Shown: piece by piece, positions 25,546 to 35,001 of the stretch | How positions within the stretch are numbered: position 1 is the stretch's first letter | Layout of the letters: the number at the start of each line of letters is the position of its first letter | From: an uncultured Candidatus Saccharibacteria bacterium | GTDB taxonomy: Bacteria; Patescibacteriota; Minisyncoccia; Phycocordibacterales; PALSA-1337 | NCBI GenBank assembly: GCA_964484315.1 | Contig: CAZAEF010000001.1 | Location: 1-46,324, forward strand | Direction of reading: 5' to 3' | Length of the DNA: 46,324 nucleotides | Notes under the pieces: generated by a model | The model's input: the letters and a program-made list of their open reading frames with translations, nothing else | Told to the model about the DNA's origin: nothing | Databases searched by the model: none | Program-made: the position numbers and the translations under genes

Positions 25546-27858
25546 ATGAAACCTTATAATCATGAGGAGATAGAGAAGAAGTGGCAGAAATATTGGGAAT
25601 CGAAGAAGATATATCGAGCAAAGGACCAGAACAAGACTGAAGAGGGCATGAAGAAATTCTTCGGTCTGATTGAATTCCCATTTCCTTCTGGAGATGGTCT
25701 GCATGTAGGACATATACGTAGCAATACAGCGATGGATGTCATCTCTCGCAAGCGAAGAATGGAAGGCTACAATGTTCTATATCCTATAGGTTGGGATGCT
25801 TTCGGACTTCCTACAGAGAACTATGCTATCAAGACTGGCTTACAACCAGCTATTGTGACGAAACAGAATAGTGATACATTTCGCCGTCAGCTCAAAGCCC
25901 TCGGTTTCTCATTTGACTGGTCTCGCGAAATCAATACCAGCGATCCAAAATACTACAAGTGGACACAATGGATCTTTCTTCAACTTCTTAAGAATGGTCT
26001 GGCATACAAAAAGAAAATGGCAATCAATTGGTGCCCGAAGGATCTCATCGGTCTTGCAAATGAGGAAGTTGTAGATGGCAAGTGTGAACGCTGTGGAACT
26101 CCTGTTGAGAAAAAAGAAAAAGAACAATGGATGCTCGCTATTACAAAGTATGCAGAGCGTCTCGACAAAGACCTCGATGATGTTGACTATCTCGAGCGAA
26201 TAAAAATCCAGCAGAGGAATTGGATAGGGAAGAGCGAGGGAGCAGAAATCGATTTCTATATCGATACTCACAAGGTCACCGTCTTCACCACACGACCTGA
26301 TACCATATATGGAGCAACATATTTAGTCCTTTCTCCAGAGCATCCATTAGTCAATACTTTCGATATAGAAAACAAGATTGAAGTAGAAAAATATAAAGCA
26401 GAGGTCAAGAAGAAGACAGATATAGAACGAACTGCGGTAGATAAAGAAAAGACAGGAGTGCAATTGAAGGGGGTATATGCTGTGAATCCTGCAAATAAAG
26501 AAAAGATCTCTGTATGGATTGCAGACTATGTCCTCATGGACTATGGAACAGGATCTATCATGGCTGTTCCTGCGCATGATGAGAGGGATAGACAGTTTGC
26601 AGAGAAATATTCATTACCCATCAAAGAGATTGTTCTTGAAGATAAAAAAGAGATGATAGAAAAGTATGGAAGGCCAATAACAAAATTCAAACTCCGCGAC
26701 TGGGTCTTTTCTCGTCAGCGTTATTGGGGGGAACCAATACCTGTGGTGCATTGTGATGCTTGCGGTATCGTGCCACTTCCAGAAAAAGATCTTCCACTCA
26801 AACTGCCAAAGGTAAAGAATTATAAGCCTACAGAAACAGGGGAATCGCCTCTTGCAAGTATTACAAAATGGGTCAATACGAAGTGTCCGAAGTGTAAAGG
26901 CAAAGCTCGTCGAGAGACGGATACCATGCCGAACTGGGCAGGTTCGAGTTGGTACTACCTCCGCTATGTCGATCCTACGAATAAAAAGACTTTTGCTGAT
27001 GCGAAAAATCTAGCATATTGGACTCCTGTGGATTGGTACAATGGAGGAATGGAGCATACGACGCTTCATCTACTCTACTCACGTTTTTGGCATAAATTCC
27101 TATATGATCAAGGTCTCGTACCGACCAAAGAACCATATATGAAGCGCACATCGCACGGCCTTATCCTCGCAGGAGGTGGTGAGAAAATGTCTAAATCGGT
27201 AGGGAATGTGGTTAATCCAGATTCTATTATTGCAACCGTTGGGGCGGATGCCCTTCGTGTGTATGAGATGTTCATGGGACCATTCGATCAAGCAATAGCA
27301 TGGGATGAGAATGGTATTGTAGGTACGCGTCGTTTCATAGAGAAGGTCTGGAAATTACAAGATAAAGTTTCTAAAATCACAGATCAAACAGACAGTATCG
27401 ATATAGAAAATATCTTGCACAAGACAATAAAGAAAGTTTATCAGGATATAGAAGAAATGAAGTTCAATACTGCAATTAGCGCACTTATGATCGTTACCAA
27501 TGAACTAGAGAAACAAGAGAAGATTTCAAAAAATAATTACGAAATAATCTTGAAACTTGTCGCACCATTTGCTCCACATGTGGCGGACGAGCTATGGAGT
27601 ATCATGGGGAATAAGACATCGATACACACTGCAGAATGGCCAGTATTCGATCCTGCGAAGATCGTCGCAAAAAGTGTTCGTATCAGTGTGCAGGTTAATG
27701 GAAAATCTCGCGCAAGTTTCGAAATCGATCCAGATGCAAGCGATGAGACGCTTAAAAATATGGCTCTATCTATACCTGAAATCAAGAAATGGGTAGATGG
27801 AAAGGAGTTGAAAAAAGTCATTATTATCAAAGGAAAGCTCGTTAGTCTAGTAGTATAA
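25546..27858 (+). CDS. leuS: Leucyl-tRNA synthetase
   Basis: ORF from TTG 25528; ATG 25546 gives MKPYNHEEIEKKWQKYW. HVGH (HIGH) motif and KMSKS present. Confidence 0.95.
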   Translation: MKPYNHEEIEKKWQKYWESKKIYRAKDQNKTEEGMKKFFGLIEFPFPSGDGLHVGHIRSNTAMDVISRKRRMEGYNVLYPIGWDAFGLPTENYAIKTGLQPAIVTKQNSDTFRRQLKALGFSFDWSREINTSDPKYYKWTQWIFLQLLKNGLAYKKKMAINWCPKDLIGLANEEVVDGKCERCGTPVEKKEKEQWMLAITKYAERLDKDLDDVDYLERIKIQQRNWIGKSEGAEIDFYIDTHKVTVFTTRPDTIYGATYLVLSPEHPLVNTFDIENKIEVEKYKAEVKKKTDIERTAVDKEKTGVQLKGVYAVNPANKEKISVWIADYVLMDYGTGSIMAVPAHDERDRQFAEKYSLPIKEIVLEDKKEMIEKYGRPITKFKLRDWVFSRQRYWGEPIPVVHCDACGIVPLPEKDLPLKLPKVKNYKPTETGESPLASITKWVNTKCPKCKGKARRETDTMPNWAGSSWYYLRYVDPTNKKTFADAKNLAYWTPVDWYNGGMEHTTLHLLYSRFWHKFLYDQGLVPTKEPYMKRTSHGLILAGGGEKMSKSVGNVVNPDSIIATVGADALRVYEMFMGPFDQAIAWDENGIVGTRRFIEKVWKLQDKVSKITDQTDSIDIENILHKTIKKVYQDIEEMKFNTAISALMIVTNELEKQEKISKNNYEIILKLVAPFAPHVADELWSIMGNKTSIHTAEWPVFDPAKIVAKSVRISVQVNGKSRASFEIDPDASDETLKNMALSIPEIKKWVDGKELKKVIIIKGKLVSLVV

Positions 27859-27941
27859 AATGATCTATATAGGATAGAAACTTGCAATAGAGTTGACTTA
27901 TATTCAATAAGGTGATAAAACTTACTTATACAAATAAACAC

Positions 27942-28976
27942 ATGTCAACAATAACTTTCAAGCCAAAGCAGTCGACAAAGAAATTGCTCGCAGTCCTTCC
28001 GGATCGAGCTCGCGATGTTCTCATCAGCAGGTATGGTCTCGGCAAGAATACACAGAAGATGACTCTCGACGCTATCGGTAAGAATTATGGTATCACTCGT
28101 GAACGTGTACGTCAGATTGAGAATTATGCTATTACCAATATCCGAAAGTCAGATGCGTATAAATCTGAAAAGATTGTATTTTCAGAAGTGGAGAATCTCA
28201 TTCATTCTCTCGGAGGTATCGTGGTAGAAGATGATTTCCTTGGTTCCGTTTCAAAAGATACTTCTCTTCAGAATCATATTAACTTCCTTCTCGTCATCGG
28301 AGATACATTCAAGAAGCGAAAAGAAGATGATGATTTCAAACATCGATGGCATGTGAATGAAGCTCTGGCAAAACAGGTTGAAGAATCACTCCGCAAGCTC
28401 TATGCTAGTCTCAGTATGAATGACCTTCTTCCGGAATCAGAAATGGTTGAGAAATTTCTTTCTCATCTAGAGGGTGTATCCGAGAAGTATAAGAATCAAG
28501 AGATTATGCGTCGATGGCTTTCACTATCTAAAGCTGTAGGAAAGAACGCTATCGGTGAATGGGGTGTTGCGCATTCTCCAAATGTGAAAACAAAAGGAAT
28601 GAGAGACTACGCTTTTCTAGTTATTCGTAAGCATGGATCACCTATACACTTCAAGGAAGTTGCAAAGCAGATAGGTATCATATTCAAACGCAAAGCTCAT
28701 GTTGCCACAACACACAATGAACTCATCAAAGATCCACGATTTGTACTCGTCGGTCGAGGACTCTACGCACTTGCAGAATGGGGATATATGTCTGGTGTTG
28801 TAAAGGATGTTATCAAGAAAGTACTTGATAAGAGCGGACCACTCTCAAAGGAAGAGATAATAGAGAAAGTTTTGAAGGAGCGTTATGTAAAAGAAAACAC
28901 CATAATGGTCAATCTTCAGAATCAAAAGTATTTCAAGAAAGATAAAGAAGGAAGATATACACCGGTATCTCTCTAA
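27942..28976 (+). CDS. Sigma-70 region-4-like HTH plus HARE-HTH domain protein
   Basis: ORF from GTG 27912; ATG 27942. RARDVLISRYGL..MTLDAIGKNYGITRERVRQIENYAI resembles sigma70 region 4. The C-terminal FLVIRKHGSPIHFKEVAKQI..DPRFVLVGRGLYALAEWGY resembles HARE-HTH. Confidence 0.6.
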   Translation: MSTITFKPKQSTKKLLAVLPDRARDVLISRYGLGKNTQKMTLDAIGKNYGITRERVRQIENYAITNIRKSDAYKSEKIVFSEVENLIHSLGGIVVEDDFLGSVSKDTSLQNHINFLLVIGDTFKKRKEDDDFKHRWHVNEALAKQVEESLRKLYASLSMNDLLPESEMVEKFLSHLEGVSEKYKNQEIMRRWLSLSKAVGKNAIGEWGVAHSPNVKTKGMRDYAFLVIRKHGSPIHFKEVAKQIGIIFKRKAHVATTHNELIKDPRFVLVGRGLYALAEWGYMSGVVKDVIKKVLDKSGPLSKEEIIEKVLKERYVKENTIMVNLQNQKYFKKDKEGRYTPVSL

Positions 28977-28985
28977 TCCCTCCTT

Positions 28986-29013
28986 TTGTTATAGGCGTTA
29001 TCTGAGTTATAAT
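28986..29013 (+). promoter_or_regulatory. Promoter TTGTTA-16-TATAAT
   Basis: -35 at 28986-91, -10 at 29008-13, and 10 nt to ATG 29024. Confidence 0.5.
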
Positions 29014-29023
29014 AATAGGTAAT

Positions 29024-30292
29024 ATGATCCGCTTCAGCGATTATCTACCTCTACTCATTTCACAATTCAATACCATGGTATTGCCACAGGTCTACAATAC
29101 ACTTGTGGTTATATCTATGCCTGCGCTAGTTGGCATACTCTTTCTTATATTCTGGCCAATGTGGGTAAACTATGTGAGATCGTATAAGATATCAAAGACT
29201 AAATATGTGGTGTTCGAAATCAGACTTCCAAAAGAGACTATAAAATCTCCAAAAGCGATGGATCTTCTTCTCCATGCTCTACACAATACTTCAGATGGAT
29301 CGAATCTAAAGCAGTACTGGTATGGTGAGACGCGTCCATGGTATTCCCTCGAGATTATTTCTATTGAAGGACAGGTAAAGTTCATGATGTGGGGAGAGGC
29401 CGCACGAAAAGTGGGTATGATGTCTGCGCTCTATGCTCAGTTTCCTGGGATTGAGGTAAAGGAAATCGAAGACTATACCAAGGGCGTGCATTATGATGCA
29501 AAGACGATGAAGGTTTGGGCCGCAGAGTTCGAACTTACAAAGTCTGATCCATATCCCATAAAGACATATATAGACTATGGCCTCGACAAAGATCCAAAGG
29601 AAGAATTCAAGGTTGATCCACTTGTGCCAGGAATAGAGTTCCTGGGTAATATTGGCGCGAATCAACAAGTATGGATACAGTTTCTCATTCGTGCACACAA
29701 AGCTGAGCAGACAAAGAAAGGGACATGGTTCCAGAAGACAGATGATTGGAAAGATGCAGCACAAGCAGAAATGGATAAGATCATGAATCGTGATCCGAAG
29801 ACGAAGAGTGTCAAGGTAAAAGAAGAAGAGAAAGCCGCGCCGGTGATGTTGAATGATTATGAAGATGAAGCTGTGAAAGCAATCAGTCGCAGTATATCGA
29901 AACTCCCATTCGATACCATCATTCGCACACTATATATAGCAAAGAAAGAAGACTTCGATACGCCATTTGGTATGGGGGGCATCATTTCGTTTTTCAAAAA
30001 CTTTAGCAGTGAGAGTCTCAATGGATTCAAGCCGAAGAAGAAATGGACACCGACACTAGACGCTCCGTGGAAGGATTATAAGGACAAGAAGAGAAACATC
30101 TATGCAGAGATCGGAATCATGGCGTATAAGATGCGATCAGGATTCTATCCACCATTTGAGAGTTCTTGCAATGTATTCAATACTGAAGAATTAGCAACAA
30201 TGTATCATTTCCCTGGTTCTGTATCTACGACACCTACACTCGATCGTGTACCATCGAAGAAAGGGGAAGCTCCTGCAAATCTTCCTGTATAA
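29024..30292 (+). CDS. Hypothetical membrane protein (N-terminal TM segments, large soluble domain)
   Basis: Hydrophobic N-terminus (VVISMPALVGILFLIFWPMW). The motifs VFEIRLPKE..SPKAMDLLLHALH, WYSLEIISIEG and EELATMYHFPG recall, from memory only, N-terminal modules of TraD/VirD4-like proteins. No P-loop is present. Confidence 0.55.
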   Translation: MIRFSDYLPLLISQFNTMVLPQVYNTLVVISMPALVGILFLIFWPMWVNYVRSYKISKTKYVVFEIRLPKETIKSPKAMDLLLHALHNTSDGSNLKQYWYGETRPWYSLEIISIEGQVKFMMWGEAARKVGMMSALYAQFPGIEVKEIEDYTKGVHYDAKTMKVWAAEFELTKSDPYPIKTYIDYGLDKDPKEEFKVDPLVPGIEFLGNIGANQQVWIQFLIRAHKAEQTKKGTWFQKTDDWKDAAQAEMDKIMNRDPKTKSVKVKEEEKAAPVMLNDYEDEAVKAISRSISKLPFDTIIRTLYIAKKEDFDTPFGMGGIISFFKNFSSESLNGFKPKKKWTPTLDAPWKDYKDKKRNIYAEIGIMAYKMRSGFYPPFESSCNVFNTEELATMYHFPGSVSTTPTLDRVPSKKGEAPANLPV

Positions 30293-30301
30293 TATTTCCC
30301 T

Positions 30302-31261
30302 ATGTCTATTACACCGAAACGATTATTCATAAGATCAATATCAATAGTTATTGCTGTAATGGTAGTAGTTATTGCCTATAATATTCAACCACCGAGCAAT
30401 TTTCCTGCAGATATAAAAATCCATGTTGGAAAAGATGAGACTCTCATGTCTGTCGCCAATAATCTTGAAAAGAAAGATGTTATCAGATCTCCATTGTTAT
30501 TCAAGATTGCGGTCATTACGTTAAATGGTACAAAGAGTAAGTATAGAAGCGTTACAGAGGGTGTGTACCTATTCCATAATCCTGTAAGTGTTTGGAATGT
30601 GGCTTATAGAATAGTGAAAGGTGATCAGGGATTGCAGAAAATAAGAGTGACAATACCCGAAGGTTCTACGGCGAGAGATATAGCGTGGATTATGCTCAAA
30701 AGTATTCCTGATTTCAGCGCTCCATATTTTTTGAGAATAGCAGAACCACATGAGGGATATCTTTTTCCTAGCACCTATTATTTTTATACCGATACATCTG
30801 CAGACGAGGTGCTCAATACTCTGCTCAAGACTTTCGATAAGATGTTGAAGTCTAATTCTCTATTTGATGGATTATCCGAGAAAAAGAAAAGAGATATAGT
30901 CATTATGGCTTCTATTGTAGAAGAAGAGGCTACGGCCAGTATCGACCGTGCTCTCATAGCGGGAGTGCTTTGGAAACGTATCGAGATCGGTATGCCCCTT
31001 CAGGTAGATCCTCCACTGGCATATATAACTGCAAATACTACTGGTTATATCACGATAAAGGATACTCAGATAGATTCACCATACAATACATATAAATTCA
31101 AAGGACTACCAAAAGCGCCAATATCGAATCCTGGAATAGATGCATTGAAAGCGACATTGAATCCTACAAAAAGTCCGTATTTATTTTATTTGTCAGATAA
31201 AAAAGGAATGATGCATTATGCCGAGACATATGAGAAGCATTTAATAAACAAATATAAATGA
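30302..31261 (+). CDS. mltG: Endolytic murein transglycosylase MltG (YceG-like)
   Basis: N-terminal TM segment, PEGYLFPSTYYF and ASIVEEEA motifs. Confidence 0.85.
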   Translation: MSITPKRLFIRSISIVIAVMVVVIAYNIQPPSNFPADIKIHVGKDETLMSVANNLEKKDVIRSPLLFKIAVITLNGTKSKYRSVTEGVYLFHNPVSVWNVAYRIVKGDQGLQKIRVTIPEGSTARDIAWIMLKSIPDFSAPYFLRIAEPHEGYLFPSTYYFYTDTSADEVLNTLLKTFDKMLKSNSLFDGLSEKKKRDIVIMASIVEEEATASIDRALIAGVLWKRIEIGMPLQVDPPLAYITANTTGYITIKDTQIDSPYNTYKFKGLPKAPISNPGIDALKATLNPTKSPYLFYLSDKKGMMHYAETYEKHLINKYK

Positions 31262-32307
31262 AAGTCTTCGTCGGAATGTCAGGAGGAGTAGATAGTTCAG
31301 TCTCTACGGCTTTACTAAAGAAAGCTGGTCATGAAGTGACGGGGGTCTTCATAAAAGTCTGGCAACCAGAGTGGCTTGCAGACATGTCTATATGCACATG
31401 GCGTGAAGATCGTCTCGACGCTATGAGAGTAGCTGCAAAATTGGAAATTCCATTTATCACTCTCGATCTCGAGAAAGAATATAAAGAAGAAGTGGTTGAT
31501 TATATGATTCGCGAGTATCGCGCTGGAAGAACTCCAAATCCAGATATGATGTGCAATCGCTATGTAAAGTTCGGAGGTTTCTACACTTGGGCTATGGGAC
31601 AGGGCGCTGATTCCATCGCCACAGGGCATTATTGCAAGAGTGATAATGGAAAACTGATCATGGGAGATGATCAGAATAAAGATCAATCATATTTTCTTTG
31701 GACACTGACGAAAGAACAGATAGAAAAAACACTTTTTCCTGTAGGATCAATAGAAAAATCGGAAGTGCGAAAACTCGCAAAGAAATTTGATCTACCGACT
31801 GCTGACAAAAAGGATAGTCAAGGACTTTGTTTTATAGGAAAGATCGATGTGAAGGAATTTCTCAAACATTATATAGATACGAAACCAGGTGAAGTACTCG
31901 ATAGCTCAGGAAAAGTCATCGGACATCATGATGGCGCTTTCTTCTATACCATAGGTGAGCGTCATGGATTCATCATTACCGAGAAGACTCCAAATGATGA
32001 ACCATATTATGTTATTTCGAAAGATATAGAAAATAATACTATTACTGTTGCTCATAGGATTGAGACCGAATCATATGGAAAGAAAAAAGTTATATTAGAA
32101 CAAGTCAATTGGATATCAGGGATTGATCCATCAGCAGGAACACTTTTGAAAGCTCGATCAAGATATCGCGAACAGCTACAGGATGTCAAAATCATCGACT
32201 CGAAGACTGTTGAATTTGGTGAACCTCAGATGACACTTTCATCTGGACAATCTCTGGTTGTATACGATGGCGTTATATGTCTCGGCGGTGGTATAATCTC
32301 GGCATGA
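31258..32307 (+). CDS. mnmA: tRNA 2-thiouridine(34) synthase
   Basis: VGMSGGVDSSV PP-loop and GHYC.. motifs. ATGA overlap with mltG. Confidence 0.9.
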   Translation: MKVFVGMSGGVDSSVSTALLKKAGHEVTGVFIKVWQPEWLADMSICTWREDRLDAMRVAAKLEIPFITLDLEKEYKEEVVDYMIREYRAGRTPNPDMMCNRYVKFGGFYTWAMGQGADSIATGHYCKSDNGKLIMGDDQNKDQSYFLWTLTKEQIEKTLFPVGSIEKSEVRKLAKKFDLPTADKKDSQGLCFIGKIDVKEFLKHYIDTKPGEVLDSSGKVIGHHDGAFFYTIGERHGFIITEKTPNDEPYYVISKDIENNTITVAHRIETESYGKKKVILEQVNWISGIDPSAGTLLKARSRYREQLQDVKIIDSKTVEFGEPQMTLSSGQSLVVYDGVICLGGGIISA

Positions 32308-33143
32308 ATAAGATAATTACAATTCTCAAAGCGGATGGAACACGAGAAGTATTCGATGAAGCGAAGCTTGCCGACTCTCTTCGTAATTCTGGTGGAGATG
32401 AAGCTCTCATAGAGCGTATTGTCCATTATGTAGAGAAGGAAATACGCGATGGCATGCCGACAAGTGAAATATACAAACATGCTTTCACACTTCTCCGTGA
32501 ACATTCGATGCCTATCGCTATGAAGTATTCGCTTCGCAGGGCGCTTTCGGAGTTCGGTCCCGATGGTTTTCCTTTCGAGAAGTTTATCGCACGAATATTC
32601 CAAGCGTGGGGATATGAGACATTGACTGATCAGACAGTATTCGGTGGGTGTGTGGCTCATGAGATGGATATAGTGGCATGGAATAAAGATGAGCTTCATA
32701 TGGTCGAAGCAAAATTCCATAATGAATTTGGTCTGAAGTCCGACCTCAAGGTTGCTCTCTATGTGAAAGCCCGTTTCGATGATATAAGTGAAAATAAATA
32801 CAATTATGGAGGTACTATCCGCACTATGAAGCAGGGTTGGCTCATTACCAATACCAAGTTCACTGATCAAGCTGTGAAGTACGGTGAGTGCAAAGGGCTC
32901 AAGATGATAGGGTGGAATTATCCGAAGAAAGGAAACTTGCAGGATATAATAGAAGAGCTCGGAATACATCCATTCACTTGTCTAGCTTCACTATCGAATG
33001 TACACAAGAAAGCGCTCTTGGAGAAGGGGGTAGTGCTATGCAAAGATATTTCCAATCATCTCGAATATCTAAAGGAGATTCATCTTACAGATGAGCAACA
33101 GTCGAAAGTGGTGGAGGAAATAGCGAGGGTTTGCGGGGTGTGA
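32304..33143 (+). CDS. ATP-cone domain fused to PD-(D/E)xK (Mrr-like) nuclease domain
   Basis: ATG 32304 overlaps the mnmA TGA (ATGA). ILKADGTREVFDEAKLADSL.. is an ATP-cone. FEKFIARIFQAWGYE..EMDIVAW..LHMVEAKFH carries a D..E-x-K nuclease motif. Confidence 0.65.
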   Translation: MNKIITILKADGTREVFDEAKLADSLRNSGGDEALIERIVHYVEKEIRDGMPTSEIYKHAFTLLREHSMPIAMKYSLRRALSEFGPDGFPFEKFIARIFQAWGYETLTDQTVFGGCVAHEMDIVAWNKDELHMVEAKFHNEFGLKSDLKVALYVKARFDDISENKYNYGGTIRTMKQGWLITNTKFTDQAVKYGECKGLKMIGWNYPKKGNLQDIIEELGIHPFTCLASLSNVHKKALLEKGVVLCKDISNHLEYLKEIHLTDEQQSKVVEEIARVCGV

Positions 33144-33193
33144 TTGTTGAAGGGGAAATAGAAAATAAATCAGCAATATGCTAAACTCTCCTC

Positions 33194-34978
33194 ATGAAAT
33201 CATCAGAAATACGTAAGCGATTTCTCGCATTTTTCGAGAAGCGTGGACATACTATTATTCCCTCAGCTTCTCTTGTGCCAGAGAATGATCCTACAGTACT
33301 TTTCAATACCGCAGGCATGCAACCACTAGTACCATATCTCATGGGCAAGCCACATCCATTAGGAGATAAACTTGCAGATATACAAAAGTGCGTACGCACG
33401 ACAGATATAGAAGATGTTGGTGACAATACGCACCTGACTTTTTTCGAAATGATGGGGAACTGGTCTCTAGGTAGTTATTTCAAGGAAGAGGCAATCAAAT
33501 GGAGCTATGAACTTCTCACTTCGAAGACTGAAGGATTCGGTCTAGATCCAGAGAGGCTCTATGTTACAGTTTTCAAAGGGGATGATACTACACCGAAGGA
33601 TGGAGAGACGGCGAAGATATGGCAGTCGGTCGGCATACCAACTCACAGGATATATTTCAAAGATGCCAGTGCCAATTGGTGGCCAGCGGTGAAAGGGAAA
33701 GATACATGGACTGGTCCTACAGGTCCGTGTAGTGAGATGTTCTATGATCTCACTTACGATGGTCTGGGAGACATGACTATCGATGAATATAATAAGGCAG
33801 ATGATGAACAGAGAGTTGTAGAGATCTGGAATGATGTATTCATGGAATATGAAAAAAAAGACGGTAAGATAGTATCAAAACTCAGTAAGAAAAATGTTGA
33901 TACCGGCGCGGGTTTCGAACGTATCACTGCTGTGTTACAGGGCAAATCAAATGTTTTCGAGACAGATCTATTCGAAGAGATAATGATAGAAGCGGAGAAG
34001 ATTACGAACAATATACATTCTCAAAGAATCATCTCTGACCATATGCGTTCATCTGTATTTCTCATTTCAGATGGAGTAAATCCATCGAATACTGATCAAG
34101 GATATATATTGAGACGACTTATTCGTAGAGCTGTATTTGCTACTAGCGAGAAGAAACTTTCTAGAGAATCAATCGTAAGATTTGTCGATATTATTGCGAA
34201 TAAATATGGCGACACATATCCTAGAATAAAATCAGAAAAAGGAAATATTATTACTGAAATTAGTGATGAGTGTCAGAAATTCGAAAAGACTTTAGAAATC
34301 GGTGTGAAGGAATACAGGAAAATTGCACAAAATATCGAGATGATATCGGGCACGATCGCACTCAGTCTATATACATCATTCGGTCTACCGATCGATCTTA
34401 TCAAAGATCTTGCAAGAGAAGATGGGAAGATCGTAGATATTCAGGGTTTCGAGGAAGAATTTGCTAGACACCAATCCCTTTCTCGATCTGGTGCTGAGAA
34501 GAAGTTCAGGGGAGGTCTCGCTGATACGAGCGAAATGTCGATCAAGTATCACACAGCTACACACCTCCTTCATCAAGCCCTTCATGATGTTCTCGGTGAT
34601 GGTGTTATGCAGAAAGGTTCAAACATTACACCAGAGCGTCTCCGTTTCGATTTCACACACTCCATGAAGATGACTGATGAAGAAAAGAAGAAAGTTGAAG
34701 ATATAGTCAATCAAAAAATCAGGGAAAAATTACCAGTGCAAAACATAGAAATGTCGAAACAGGATGCAGAGAAAACTGGCGCGAGACATTTCTTCGGAGA
34801 TAAGTATGGAGAGAATGTATCTATTTACTATATAGGTAATGACATGGAACATGCATATTCAAAGGAATTTTGCGGAGGACCACATGTGGATAATATAGGA
34901 ACACTAGGTCATTTCAAAATCCAAAAAGAAGAAGCTATTTCTCAGGGTGTACGCAGGATAAAAGCTATTCTAGAGTAG
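33194..34978 (+). CDS. alaS: Alanyl-tRNA synthetase, short form (no C-Ala domain)
   Basis: FLAFFEKRGH..LFNTAGMQP catalytic N-terminus. Editing-domain HTATHLLHQALHDVLG and FCGGPHV. The protein ends about 30 aa later, at 594 aa. Confidence 0.9.
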   Translation: MKSSEIRKRFLAFFEKRGHTIIPSASLVPENDPTVLFNTAGMQPLVPYLMGKPHPLGDKLADIQKCVRTTDIEDVGDNTHLTFFEMMGNWSLGSYFKEEAIKWSYELLTSKTEGFGLDPERLYVTVFKGDDTTPKDGETAKIWQSVGIPTHRIYFKDASANWWPAVKGKDTWTGPTGPCSEMFYDLTYDGLGDMTIDEYNKADDEQRVVEIWNDVFMEYEKKDGKIVSKLSKKNVDTGAGFERITAVLQGKSNVFETDLFEEIMIEAEKITNNIHSQRIISDHMRSSVFLISDGVNPSNTDQGYILRRLIRRAVFATSEKKLSRESIVRFVDIIANKYGDTYPRIKSEKGNIITEISDECQKFEKTLEIGVKEYRKIAQNIEMISGTIALSLYTSFGLPIDLIKDLAREDGKIVDIQGFEEEFARHQSLSRSGAEKKFRGGLADTSEMSIKYHTATHLLHQALHDVLGDGVMQKGSNITPERLRFDFTHSMKMTDEEKKKVEDIVNQKIREKLPVQNIEMSKQDAEKTGARHFFGDKYGENVSIYYIGNDMEHAYSKEFCGGPHVDNIGTLGHFKIQKEEAISQGVRRIKAILE

Positions 34979-34986
34979 AGTATTCG

Positions 34987-34995
34987 TGTTATAAT
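34987..34995 (+). promoter_or_regulatory. Extended -10 TGtTATAAT
   Basis: TG at 34987-88, TATAAT at 34990-95, and 6 nt to ATG 35002. Confidence 0.5.
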
Positions 34996-35001
34996 TGACA
35001 T

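Noticed and set aside
32226-32969. A 247-aa minus-strand ORF spanning the mnmA end and the ATP-cone gene
   Set aside because: It is antisense to two plus-strand genes with clear domain signatures. Its composition is odd (Cys/His/Phe-rich, no motif). It is a typical shadow ORF.
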